A DNA stretch of 56,444 nt, filler included, from Tortispora ganteri (lineage: Eukaryota), in the NCBI GenBank assembly GCA_003707115.1. It is 5 parts of 5 records of this genome, joined end to end, with 100 filler letters (N's around TTAATTAATTAA, not from the genome) between each part and the next. Parts side by side here need not be neighbours in the genome. Positions count along the whole stretch, not along the records: positions 3,327 to 30,596 come from PPNB01000042.1; 4 more parts are not named here. One strand, written 5' to 3'. The number at the start of each line of letters is the position of its first letter. Position 1 is the first letter of the stretch. Both the position numbers and the translations under genes were made by a program. Positions 10,964 to 22,013 of this stretch are shown piece after piece. The notes below the pieces were generated by a model. It had not been told where the DNA came from, searched no databases, and worked only from the letters and a program-made list of their open reading frames with translations.

Positions 10964-12034
10964 TTAAGTAGTGAAAAGAGTCTCGGCAATGACACCAGTA
11001 ACAAGGTAAGGGTCAATATTAGAGGCAGGACGACGGTCTTCGAAGTATCCGCAGCCTTCTTTAGCAACAGATCGCGGGATACGGACTGAAGCTCCACGGT
11101 TAGCAACACCGGAACTGAAACTAGCAATGCTAGCAGTCTCATGTCGTCCAGTAAGACGCTTCTCGTTGTCAGTGCCGTAAACAGCAATGTGCTCTTTATG
11201 GCGCTTAGACAGCTTTTCAATAGCAGCTTCAATAGCCTTGATACCACCTTCAGCACGCATCTCCTTCGTGGAAACATTGGTATGGCATCCAGCACCGTTC
11301 CAGTCTCCTTCAAGAGGCTTGGGGTGGAAAGAAATAGTGACACCGAACTCTTCAGCAACACGCTCAAGAAGGTAGCGAGCAATCCAGAGATGGTCACCCA
11401 TCTCAATGCCAGGGCAAGGCCCGACTTGGAACTCCCATTGTGAAGGCATAACTTCAGCGTTGATTCCTGAAACATTAACACCAGCATATAAACAGGCACG
11501 GTAGTGAGCCTCAACAACATCACGTCCGTAAACTTTGCCGTTACCAACACCGCAGTAGTAAGGTCCTTGAGGTCCTGGGAAACCTCCAACAGGCCAGCCG
11601 TAGACTTTTCCAAGACTATCAAACATAGTGTATTCTTGTTCGATTCCAAACCAGATATCGGCATCCTTGTAGGTCTCCATCAATTTGGCACATTGGTAAC
11701 GATGATTGAACTTATTAGGAGTACCATCAGAGTTATAGCAGTCAGCTAAAACAATGATGTTATCGCCGCCACGGAAGGGGTCTTTGAAGATAGCCGCGGG
11801 TCGGAGGTAAATATCGGAATTGTCACCAGGAGCTTGACCGGTACTGGAACCATCGAAATTCCATTCAGGAAGGTCATCAACGGAAGTGGGCTTCTTGAAA
11901 AGAGTCTTGCATTTGCTGCGGACACCGTTAGAGCCGTCGATCCAAACATACTCGGCCATAATGGCACCATTTTGGTCCAATCTCAAGTATTTCTCGAGGT
12001 TTCCACCGTTAGAAGCAGATTTAGATTCAGCCAT
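10964..12034 (-). CDS. GLN1: Glutamine synthetase (GSII)
   Basis: [71 protein letters not shown]. Confidence 0.97.
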   Translation of the reverse strand: MAESKSASNGGNLEKYLRLDQNGAIMAEYVWIDGSNGVRSKCKTLFKKPTSVDDLPEWNFDGSSTGQAPGDNSDIYLRPAAIFKDPFRGGDNIIVLADCYNSDGTPNKFNHRYQCAKLMETYKDADIWFGIEQEYTMFDSLGKVYGWPVGGFPGPQGPYYCGVGNGKVYGRDVVEAHYRACLYAGVNVSGINAEVMPSQWEFQVGPCPGIEMGDHLWIARYLLERVAEEFGVTISFHPKPLEGDWNGAGCHTNVSTKEMRAEGGIKAIEAAIEKLSKRHKEHIAVYGTDNEKRLTGRHETASIASFSSGVANRGASVRIPRSVAKEGCGYFEDRRPASNIDPYLVTGVIAETLFTT

Positions 12035-12088
12035 TTTTTCTTTTTATTTTGACAGAGATGTTGGTTCTTTGTTAAGAGTGTATGTAAA

Positions 12089-12203
12089 CTAGGTGTCTGT
12101 TAGTATGAGTTGGTTCGTTTATGTCCTGAGCGTTTCGACTTTTTCCGTTCCAGCACATCAAATAGCATCTGGCTAAGAACCCGTACAGAAGATAAAGACT
12201 CAC
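12089..12203 (-). other. Putative 115-nt intron in the GLN1 5' leader
   Basis: Donor GTGAGT at 12203, branch point TACTAAC at 12105-12099, TAG acceptor ending at 12089; spacing matches the other introns in this window. Confidence 0.5.
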
Positions 12204-12425
12204 TGCAAACAGTTGCATAATGAGTTCCTTCAATATCCGTACAAAAAATAGCGCTCGCATAGGGGTACTATTGATAATAAACCAGTAAAACCCTTAACCC
12301 TATTCTAAACCAGCCAAAACCAGTATCTTGCGAACCTTATTTAATTATCAGTCGAGCGATTGGGTAGATAGATAATTGGACCCGATGGGCTAGAGAGAAA
12401 ACGAGCAGTAAGTGGCAAGTGCTGG

Positions 12426-13680
12426 CTTATCTAGATGCAAGGAAGGAATTCCAACAATTGTTTACTTGCAGTTGTGTTTTGATAGCAGATTAGTCAAACA
12501 CAAACTGTAAAATCCTTGGAGAAGGTCTCAAAACAAGGGCCCTGTGGGCTTCTCGCCCGCCGCGAAGACTGCGCCCCCCCAGTAGTACGACCGCATCGGA
12601 GACAATAATGAGAGGGTGGCAACAGCGGCAACAGCGGCAAATAAGGGCAAACAAGGATATCTATAACGGATTTTCAGGCTATGCAGAGTTCATTGTCTTA
12701 AGAACCAGTTGCTCGAAGGCACTGCAAACCTCGAGAGGCTTATCAACAAATCTCGGAGAAGCGTACAAGTCAACCGGAGGAACGGGCGTATAAACGCGTC
12801 CGATTCTGCGCTACTGCGAACATCATCGACAAAACAGCACAAATCCAAAACTCATGGGAAATTGGAAGTAACGAAACGCTCGTGTGACATTATAACTTAC
12901 CTATAGTTACAAAGGGGAGTGGTAAACTACGAGAGATAATAGGATGAGTCGTTCGTTTTATATATGACAGGCCCCGAATTGGGCAAAATTGGCTTTTGCC
13001 CTAAACCCTGGAAGTCTGATATTGCCGACGGGATAAGATTACGCTTTGAGTTTAAGTTTTTAATCGTATTTGGTAAAAGTGTTCCTTTCTTCTTGGGGCA
13101 ACTTGTGCACCCGCTAAATAGACCAGTTTGTATAGTAAAACCATTGAAAAGGTGTGTTCTTAAAAATACTTTATATAATAGAGCACTTTACTGTTTGTGA
13201 ATTAGTTGCGTGGTGCGAGGGTCGTTGCTAATGTATGTTGCCCGACGAGCGTATTCTCATAAAACCTAAGTTGTAAACCTTATCTCAAATAATGAGTAAG
13301 CCCTCTCCGTAAATCTCCTATTAAAATTACGGTTGAGTATCTTCTCAGTTCCTGCATCGCATAGAGTAACAGCAAATTCTGCTTTATGCAAGTAATACCT
13401 TAGATAAGACTCAACTTGCTGTTTTGTGAGGCAATACGCCGTGATCTGAAGATCGAACAGTGTTCGCAAACTAACGGTGTAACTGCGAGCAAAATATCGA
13501 TCGATATTCTGCTGTTCTGGCAAAATTGAACTTAAAATTGAGTTTTGTGCTAGTTTGGGTAGAGTTTGTAGCACTTTATTTTCTTAGATAACCAAATTTA
13601 AGAATTTGCTATTGGTGGTATGCTAATCTTATTGTGCCATATATGGTCGGGGTGCCATTGAAGCTTGCGTTTCAGATAAG
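12426..13680. promoter_or_regulatory. Cluster of GATAAG/CTTATC elements upstream of GLN1 (Gln3/Gat1/AreA type)
   Basis: Sites at 12426, 12739, 13032, 13279, 13403 and 13675. Confidence 0.55.
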
Positions 13681-14233
13681 GAACACTTCTGAGAAGAAAC
13701 TAGACGAAAATAAGTAAAATAGGAGGAAAATTAAAATAGCTTAAATTTGTAGTTGTAAAGACCAAATTCTAGAGTTATGCCAGAGTAATGAAAGCCGAAA
13801 TCGTTCTTTTTCGGTACAGTTCGATATTTGCAGAATACGATTCTTCAATAAGGTTTTACGAGTCTTCGGAGACTCATATACTTGACTAACTATTACGGAG
13901 TCACCAAATCGACGCCTTACAGCCATTACTGCTGTCTAGTATTTGATCTGGAATATAATATTGCTAAATCAAATCTGCTATAACAAATGATTTACCTTTT
14001 TGAGAGTAATGTTGAGATTATTGAGCGATATGTATTGTAAGAAATGGTGTCAGAGATTGATAGTACAGTACACTTGGACGGTGGGCCATTGAGGTTGTAA
14101 AAGCTTATTTCATTGGGCACTTACCCTAATACATATCCGAACTCCGAAAAAGGCTATGGAAATAAGCTGGACCATTCGAGGAACGAGGTAAAGGACTTCT
14201 ATATGTGGACGGTTAGCGCGACAGTATATTCGC

Positions 14234-14404
14234 AGCAAGCCCCGAGGGGGACGGAACTTCGTCCTTGTTTGCTCCAACCGTGCGCTCACGCAATGTGTCG
14301 TGCTAGACCTATGACATCAGGAAAAGCTACACGGATTAGTCTGAAGACCTCGACCTGATGAGTTAAAGCCATGTCATCGGCGTGGATCTTCGGACTATAC
14401 ATTA
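14234..14404 (+). ncRNA. Candidate structured RNA (multi-hairpin, ending in ACA; possibly H/ACA snoRNA-like)
   Basis: Helices 14234-40/14267-73, 14249-53/14260-64, 14337-47/14387-97 and 14355-61/14374-80, with G-U pairs on the + strand; ACA at 14399-14401. Confidence 0.3.
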
Positions 14405-16205
14405 GTGCACCTCTTTCACATAGATTCTCAGCTGCATTTATTGGAGGCTAACATTTAGAGTTATAATCGATCCATTTAACCGCGCAGATCACCATCATAA
14501 CATCAGACTAGCAGCTTCCTAATGGCAGGATAGTAGCATACCAGGCGGACAAGTTGTTGTTATAACATAATCTCCTCGGTGAAAATACATCATAATGTAC
14601 AAATTATGCCTGCGTGATGGAATATTGCCACTAAATCATCTGGACTTTCTCAGTTTCGGCTAGCTTATTAAAAACTCTAAATAATAAAGTTCATGGCCTT
14701 AGGAGTCATTCAGCAAAATGCTCCGCACGTTCAGTGCAACACCAGCCAATATAGGAGGCTTACCTGTAGCATAGTGTTATTTGAGCCTTCAATGACCTTT
14801 TTTGTTTTCGTTAAAGCTTTAAGTTTTGCTACTGATTCATTCCATCGGACTTAGAGGTGATCGAATCAGAACTCAGCATACGGGTACTGTTCATGTCAGA
14901 TGGGCTGTAGTTAGATTTGCAATCACATTCAGCATAGATTTGTACTCCCTTAAACAATTCGGCTTTCGCATAATGTTGTCAAAAAGTTCGTGCTTATCCT
15001 TTTTCTTCTTTTTTCCATTGTTGTCGTTACCTGACTATAGAGTCGAGATTAGATGATTTATAGAGTCACGGTAGATATCACGCAGCGCACTAGATAAGTA
15101 CTGGGCTCCAAACAGTTTGAAGAGGCAGTGAAGTCTTAGAGAGTAGATACTATGACCCCAAATTGTTGTAGGAGTCTATGTCGGCGTCATCGCGAAGTTA
15201 ACGTGACTTGCGGGCTAGTTCAATGCACTTATAGAGAGAAGTGCTGACATAAGCCAATAATGTGCCCTAACCATCTTGCCTATTGGCGATGTGGTTTTTC
15301 ATATCGGTTTCAGTACCGACTTTAAATTCGATGCTTCCGAGGCCTAGGGGGCGAGGGGTTAAACTGACGCGGATCTCCCTCGTCAGAACCATAGTCACGT
15401 GAGGTGCCAGCGTATTCTTCCCTTCTGTAACGGCTAGAACGTTCATTTGTGATTTTAAACTGCTTGATAGCCTAACCAAAGCTGAGAAAGGAGATTATCT
15501 ATAGCAGATCGAGGATGGTATCGAGAGAAATATACTTGTTGAATGCGTCAATATCAACACCATGCGAGTAGCCACCAAACCAATCGCCTTAATATATGAG
15601 TATGATTTTAGTACAGTCAATTCCTTTCTGCTGAGGAAGTACAAAATAAAACTGTGAATGTTTTCACAGCATAAGAATCGCTAATGCATATTCAATATTG
15701 TTGTGTCAGAAGTTTATACTAGCGATGCCTTTGTACACAGAAGGCACAGAACCTGTGCCGAAAGCTGCAAGTTCCGCTGTCCAGAAAGTCAGTATGAGCA
15801 CAAACTCAGTATATCGGAAAGCGATAATATTTCCAAATAAAAAAAGCAAACCTGAGAGAACAGATAGAGGCGCAGCGAGATGATGCTCACGCTTTGGTCT
15901 TGATCGTGACGCTATTGTTGCACAGGCTTAGAAGGGAAGTTTGCCTAGCAACGCCCTAACACCCGTCGCACTCCGGGGAAGCTTAACCGACCAAAACTCA
16001 GTGATTGCCTCGAAGAAAAAACGAGCGACCTGGAAAAGCTGCGAACCGACTATTTTTCCAGACTTGAAGCAACTGTTTAAACTTTTTTAAACGCAGAACT
16101 GATCGGTGCAAGGCTTTTGTACCGTTAAAGGGCAGAGTTTGCAAGGTTTTCAGAGAACATCGGAACCCGATAGGAAAAGGCAATAGGTATCGAACATTTA
16201 AGAAT

Positions 16206-17504
16206 ATGCAGCGAATATCGGTAAAAGCCAACAGAGCATTACTGCAAACCAGAGCAGTACAGAGAGCTGGGTTTAGGACCACTAGTTATACGCTGAACGG
16301 CAACAACCAGGGCGGAAGTCCTGGCAGATCACCGTTTCAAGTGTTTGTGGAAACATTTAAGAAGGAATGGGGAAAGAGTAAAGAGTTGCAAGATGACATG
16401 AAGGCGTTAACAGATGCTACTGGCAAGATGTCAGAATCAGAGGCGTATCGCAAAGCTAAGGAGGCGTATGATAAGGCGAAATCAGGTACTTCTTTTGCTT
16501 CTACCGCTACCGGTAAGACTTTGAAGAAAGCCGGTGAAGCTGTTGGAAATGTGGCACAATCAGCCTGGGAATCAACGCCTGCCAAGGCCACGCGTAAAGT
16601 TGCAGCATCTACAGTTGAGGGAATTTCAGCTGCTACTGAGCCTATTCGCAAGACGGCGGTATATCGCGACATCAAAGAAGTTATAGATGACGGATCGAGT
16701 ATCCGTTACGGCGGATTTGAATCGAAAGAGATGCGCCAGAAGAGGCGAGAAGCTATTGAGAAAGAACGTGAACGTTTGATGAGATCGCTTGGCCGTAAAG
16801 TTGAAGCGGACGAAACTGCGGGATCTAACGTAGTACTGCACGATGAGCAGCGCAAGCCTGGATTGAAAGAACAATGGGCAGATTTTAAGGAAAAGAGTGC
16901 TGTTTTCAAAGCGCTGAGATCTGCGCGTGAAGGTATTGACGAGAGCGATAATGGGTTTATTGTTGGACTGCGATCTATTGCTGAGAAGTTTGGCAGCTTT
17001 TTCGAAGAGACTGAGCAAGCTAAAGTTATTCGCATGTTTAAGGAGATTGACCCAACATTTACTTCGGACTCATTTTTGCGCGAGATGCGGGAATTTATTA
17101 TTCCTGAGGTTTTGGATGCTTATGTGAAAGGCGACGCTAAAACTCTCAAGCGGTGGTTGTCTGAAGCGCCCTATAACATCTGGGCGACTGGTGCCAAACA
17201 GTACATTGACGCTGGTCTAGTATCTGCTGGAAGAGTTCTAGATATTCGTGGTGTTGATATTTTGAGCTCTAAGATACTGCCACCATCTGATATTCCTGTG
17301 TTTGTTATTCAATGCCGTGCACAGGAGATCCAACTTTACAAGAGTGCTAAGACAGGCGAGATCGCTGCTGGTGTACCTGACAATGTACAGCAGAGTGTTT
17401 ATGCAATGGTTGTTACAAGAATTCCGGAAGAAATCGATGACCCAGAGACGCACGGATGGTGTATTATTGAGCTTGTTCGTGGACAAACACGCGATTGGGT
17501 ATAA
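16206..17504 (+). CDS. TIM44: Mitochondrial import inner membrane translocase subunit Tim44
   Basis: Presequence; SPFQVFVETFKKEW.KSKELQ, RYGGF, EFIIPEVLDAYVKGD..LK.WLSEAPYN, LDIRGVDI. Confidence 0.93.
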   Translation: MQRISVKANRALLQTRAVQRAGFRTTSYTLNGNNQGGSPGRSPFQVFVETFKKEWGKSKELQDDMKALTDATGKMSESEAYRKAKEAYDKAKSGTSFASTATGKTLKKAGEAVGNVAQSAWESTPAKATRKVAASTVEGISAATEPIRKTAVYRDIKEVIDDGSSIRYGGFESKEMRQKRREAIEKERERLMRSLGRKVEADETAGSNVVLHDEQRKPGLKEQWADFKEKSAVFKALRSAREGIDESDNGFIVGLRSIAEKFGSFFEETEQAKVIRMFKEIDPTFTSDSFLREMREFIIPEVLDAYVKGDAKTLKRWLSEAPYNIWATGAKQYIDAGLVSAGRVLDIRGVDILSSKILPPSDIPVFVIQCRAQEIQLYKSAKTGEIAAGVPDNVQQSVYAMVVTRIPEEIDDPETHGWCIIELVRGQTRDWV

Positions 17505-17620
17505 AGGATTGATCCATTATGAAAAATGCCAATGCCAATGTATATATTGATGTGACCCATGCTTATTTGTTACCTATTTCATATGCTGATATTAAAAAGA
17601 AACAATTATAGAAATCTATA

Positions 17621-18037
17621 TTAGAATTTCTTTCTCTTTTTAAATTTTGTAGGTTTAGATTCTTCGACAACAGCCACCCGTTTCGTAAGATTGTAGGAGT
17701 TGTACTCTGATCTGTGAGCTTTCTGTCGCTGTTTAAGGATATTTATTGTAGGAGATTTAGCTGGTTCTTGTATATCTACATGTTTCCAATCTGATATACC
17801 TTCATCAACAACTACACCCAGTTCAGCAAGTTTAGATTTCTGGTCAGAAGCTGTTATTTGCGGTTTGACTTGTTTGGGTACTGGTGGAGGCTTTGAATCA
17901 GCATTTGTCGTCGCAGTGATTTGACGAGCTTTTATGTCAATTGCATTAAGATGTTTTTTTGTCGATTCATGTTGTTTTCGGCTAAGTATCGAATCATAAA
18001 CAAAAACACCACAAAACTTGCACCAATACGATGGCAT
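17621..18037 (-). CDS. U1C/matrin-type zinc finger protein (WBP4/FBP21-like, no WW domains seen)
   Basis: YWCKFC..FVYD....RKQHE...KH; C-terminal FKKRK. Confidence 0.7.
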   Translation of the reverse strand: MPSYWCKFCGVFVYDSILSRKQHESTKKHLNAIDIKARQITATTNADSKPPPVPKQVKPQITASDQKSKLAELGVVVDEGISDWKHVDIQEPAKSPTINILKQRQKAHRSEYNSYNLTKRVAVVEESKPTKFKKRKKF

Positions 18038-18079
18038 GTCTCAAGGTAAAGGCAAACTCAACTTGTCCCACGAACCAGA

Positions 18080-19228
18080 ATGGCTAAACGTAGAGATGAG
18101 TGGATGAGTCTCGGCGATGAAACTTCAATATCTTTATCAATAGATGGTAGAGAAATGAAGCGACAAAAAAAAGAGCAAGAAATCGCAGAAAAGCGTGCTA
18201 AAGAACAGCATGTTTTGAACGAACGTACGATCAAATTGTCAAATGATCCGATAATAGATATCAATGAATCAAGATGGACCAAAAAGAAGTTAAAAAAGAT
18301 AGACAATCTTGTAAAATCTGAGAGTATACCACTTGAAAAGGCTGTACTGCAGTATTTCGATTCTATGGAACAGTACCATCACGCCACTAGGTCTGAATCT
18401 GATATGTCCGTGCAAGAACTGGCAGCACTAGAGCGTGCAACTACAGGATTCCTCAAGAGTCAGCCAAAAGTTGTGACAAAAGATATAACTAAAGAAATAG
18501 ACCATATACCACCTAAAAAATCAGCTACAACCAAACTAATATGTCCCTTATGTTTTCAAGATACTGATCTGGGCCTAGCACCAGTTGTAGCGCTTGGTTT
18601 GCGCACGTACCTAACATTACCTACAGAACCAGAGCTTGCAAAGTACAGTGCAATGATAGTGCCTCTGGAACATCACGCAAATATGCTACAATGTGAGCAA
18701 GACGTATGGGATGAGGTATACAATTTCATGAAATCATTGGCAAGAATGTACTACTCATTACACAAGGGTGTCATATTCTATGAGAACGCTCTTGGTGGTT
18801 CTAAAGGACACCAGCATGCAGCAATATCGGCAGTACCAACTCCTTTGAATATCACTGCTAATGAATGGAAAGCGATATTCGCACGCAGTTATGAGATTAC
18901 CGAAACAGAGGAGTGGACACAGCATAAGAAAGTCATAGATACTACTAAAACTGCAGAAAAGAAAGGTTTCAGGGATACAATGGTTCCTGATTTACCATAT
19001 TTTCATCTGTGGACTTCAATAGATGGCGGTATAGGCCATGTTATCGAGAACAAGCGATCGTGGCCTAAAGGTGACTTGTTTGCGCGCCAAAATATCGGTA
19101 GCGTACTAAGACTTCCTATAGATATCATTAATAAGCAAGGAAAATGGCCGTCACCGCATCAAGCTGAACGTTTAGAACAATTTAAAGAAAAATGGCTTAA
19201 ATATGACTGGACTGTTAATCTGGGTTGA
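18080..19228 (+). CDS. CWF19: Pre-mRNA splicing factor Cwf19 (CwfJ C-terminal domains)
   Basis: RDEWM N-terminal motif; CPLCF, YLTLP..PEL, IVPLEH, IFYEN, EEWTQHKKVIDT, LPYFH, GGIGHVIE, C-terminal YDWT. Confidence 0.85.
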   Translation: MAKRRDEWMSLGDETSISLSIDGREMKRQKKEQEIAEKRAKEQHVLNERTIKLSNDPIIDINESRWTKKKLKKIDNLVKSESIPLEKAVLQYFDSMEQYHHATRSESDMSVQELAALERATTGFLKSQPKVVTKDITKEIDHIPPKKSATTKLICPLCFQDTDLGLAPVVALGLRTYLTLPTEPELAKYSAMIVPLEHHANMLQCEQDVWDEVYNFMKSLARMYYSLHKGVIFYENALGGSKGHQHAAISAVPTPLNITANEWKAIFARSYEITETEEWTQHKKVIDTTKTAEKKGFRDTMVPDLPYFHLWTSIDGGIGHVIENKRSWPKGDLFARQNIGSVLRLPIDIINKQGKWPSPHQAERLEQFKEKWLKYDWTVNLG

Positions 19229-19288
19229 GTATCTAGTAATAATATTATATAAGAAAACAAGCTAGAAGATCGTAGAAAAATCGAGTGC

Positions 19289-20842
19289 TTAGAATTTGTT
19301 TTCAGCTACAGTTTGCTCCTGCATTGCATTGAGTTGCTGTAAATTGTCGGCCGGGTCATCATACATGAACGCATCACGCTTAAGCACTTTAAGCAGGATC
19401 CTGACAAGAAGGGCACTAAGAATAGATGCACCAAGAATACCAACCATCACCATATTAGAATATTCGTATTCACGAGCAGCGTCTGCTGGCCAACCAGTAT
19501 AGAGAGCGTATGTGGTAGTGACTGAGCCGAGGTTTCCTAAACCAGACACTAAAGCTGCTGTAAGGGCTTGACCAACTTCTTTGTGGCGATGACCAAATAT
19601 TTCCGCAGTCCATGTCATAGTAATTGGAACAGTAGGGCCTAAACCGAAACCGATAACTAAAAGACCAGCATATCGGCCCCATTCAGGGCCAGCATATGTG
19701 GTTACAAAGAGTCCAGCAATAATGATAAAAGACGAGAAAATAAAAAATAAGTACCTGTACTTACTGAAACGATCTGAAATAGGGGTAACTATTAAAATAC
19801 CAATGAGATCAGCTATCCAAATTGGTGCAGTTAGCAAAGACAAGGTAATTGAAGACCATTGAGGATTAATAGTTCCGAGAATAATAGTGGCGAAATTCTG
19901 AACACCAATGCCTACACCGACCACACCAAAATACATGACGATTAATGGCCAAAGAAGAGGATCAATAATGATGTTCCAAATATCTTTCCAGGTCCATTCT
20001 CTGCCCTGACCGGTGTATGTGTAACGCATATCAGTCATGTGAAGTTCAGCATCGAGTCCTGATAAAACATAGCGACGAGTGATGCGTTTCCAGAGGCGCA
20101 AAAATTTGGAGTTAGAATTCAGAAAAGAAGTGCCGTGTCTGTCGAACCGCGGTCTATCAGGTAGCCAGAATAAGATGAGAATTCCAGATGCGACTGTGAG
20201 CACGCCGTATATCAAGAACATCCATTGGTAACCGGTCAAGCCTCTTGCGCCGTTCATCAGCTGGAAACCAGCAGAAACTAGACCGACTACGGATGCAGAA
20301 ATCTGCGCGGCAGTGAAGTAGAAACCGATTCTGCGGGCGCAACGTTTGGCCGGGTACCACAACGTCATGTAGTAGGCCATACCGGGCCACATTCCAGCTT
20401 CTGTTACACCAAGGAGCGTACGAACGAGGATGAAAGACCACCCAGAATTGCATGCGGCCATACATGCGGCAACAATACCAATAGAAACGACAATGCGACT
20501 CATCCAGGCATGAGGCGCTACTTTAGTCATGATGAGGTTGAAAGGAGCGTCAAACACTAGATAACCCACATAGAAAAGAGCAAGACCTAGAGATAAATCT
20601 TTTGATGAAAGATTCAAATGCTGAATGACAGAGTCACCTGTGGATGTATTCATTGTTAATGCAAGACCGACATTCGATCTATCTGCAGAAGTGAGGAAAT
20701 ACACTATCCATAGTGGTGGGATTAGATAGAGGTCGAGCTTTCTATAGACTCTATCAAGCTCTTTTTTATATGTTTCGGAGTCCAAGTCTGAAACTTCAAC
20801 GGTATCGGGCAAATCAGATTTCCAATATTTCTTCAGTATCAT
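19289..20842 (-). CDS. MFS transporter, anion:cation symporter (Dal5/Tna1/Vht1-like) family
   Basis: YRKLD..LIP, DRSNVG, LFYVGY, RTLLGVTEAG.WPG..YYMTLWYP, WMFLIYG, LPD.P; about 12 TM segments. Confidence 0.85.
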   Translation of the reverse strand: MILKKYWKSDLPDTVEVSDLDSETYKKELDRVYRKLDLYLIPPLWIVYFLTSADRSNVGLALTMNTSTGDSVIQHLNLSSKDLSLGLALFYVGYLVFDAPFNLIMTKVAPHAWMSRIVVSIGIVAACMAACNSGWSFILVRTLLGVTEAGMWPGMAYYMTLWYPAKRCARRIGFYFTAAQISASVVGLVSAGFQLMNGARGLTGYQWMFLIYGVLTVASGILILFWLPDRPRFDRHGTSFLNSNSKFLRLWKRITRRYVLSGLDAELHMTDMRYTYTGQGREWTWKDIWNIIIDPLLWPLIVMYFGVVGVGIGVQNFATIILGTINPQWSSITLSLLTAPIWIADLIGILIVTPISDRFSKYRYLFFIFSSFIIIAGLFVTTYAGPEWGRYAGLLVIGFGLGPTVPITMTWTAEIFGHRHKEVGQALTAALVSGLGNLGSVTTTYALYTGWPADAAREYEYSNMVMVGILGASILSALLVRILLKVLKRDAFMYDDPADNLQQLNAMQEQTVAENKF

Positions 20843-22013
20843 TATTAGACCGAATAGTGGGGGTTGTTGATGAATATGAGGATTCAGGACAATTGTTCGC
20901 TTATATATCTACCCCAGAGCTATAATGGTAATTTTCTTATAATTAGAGTTCTACTGTCAAGGATAAGGTTTCCCCCCGTCGGTCCTTCCAAGGCGACCCA
21001 CTGGGTACGCTTCTTGGCTTGTATCTGTTGGTGCAAGGACTTTGTTTTACGGTGGGCATGCTAAAATTGCTGTTATTTTGTCTGAGAATAATTCATGTAT
21101 ACATATAGACTCGATCGCTGTTGGATACGTTTGTTCTAAAGTTGGAGTGGTTGGTTGGGACGACAAACCGCAGATCGCATGCGTGCCGGGTAGCGAGTGA
21201 GTACGCTAACAAACTAACAAAAGCCTAACCGACCTAGTAAATTTCGGCAAAAATCGCATCAGCAGTTTCAAAGAGTGAATGTCACGGCATCCACTCGGAG
21301 GAACACTTGCCAGCTCGGTCTATTCATTTGAGTAAACTATGATTGAAATTAGAGTTTTTTTTTTTAACTAGGTACTACTGCTTTTAGGCTCTATTTACAG
21401 TTCGGGACTCAACTGGAGAAATCACCAGGAAACCCTTACAAATTAACCGGATCACGGTTACTATTTTAAGCCAAGCCGCGCTAACGGAATCCACCAGCGT
21501 TTGAATGATGATTGTGAAGTTATTAATCATGTGAAAAAAGTTGCTTAATTGTTACAAACGCCCCACAATAGACTAATTTAAGAATAAGTCTATTGTCTTC
21601 TATAAGATTCTAAATACCGGCAGACAATTGGTCAACATTTTCGGATTGTTATTCTTTCTATAAACAAATGTATACAAATATTCTTAATACAGATATTTAA
21701 AAACAAATTATCATTTTAATATTGATAATTGATTAATAAATTTATATAGATCGTTGCTGAAGGTATCGATCGAAATATACAGACGAAAAGAGTCAGAAGA
21801 TCTGTTAGGATGTCTACATCCCTGATTTCTTGCTGCTCTTACTAACGAACTAAATAAATAATCAATTAAAAACCATTGTTTACTTTTATTATCTTGCAAA
21901 TTACACATGGTTTAAGAACGATGGAAGCGTGTAGAACAACAATTACGCGTACCTGACATCAAAATACGTTCCTCCCAGATGACGAACTTTGCCCTTCTGC
22001 CTTCGACCTAACC

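Noticed and set aside
10879..11664. 261-aa alternative-frame ORF inside GLN1
   Set aside because: Expected by-product of strong codon bias; no recognisable motifs
12288..12302. CCCTTAACCCTA as a telomerase template or telomeric seed
   Set aside because: Under two repeats and no supporting pseudoknot or junction recognised; at most a Tbf1-like site
13921..13933. Minus-strand AGCAGTAATGGCT resembling the fungal SRP RNA 5' end
   Set aside because: Mismatch in the core and no helix 8 motif downstream
14355..14400. CTGATGA as a hammerhead ribozyme core or C/D box C
   Set aside because: No GAAA after a stem II and no suitably placed CTGA box D
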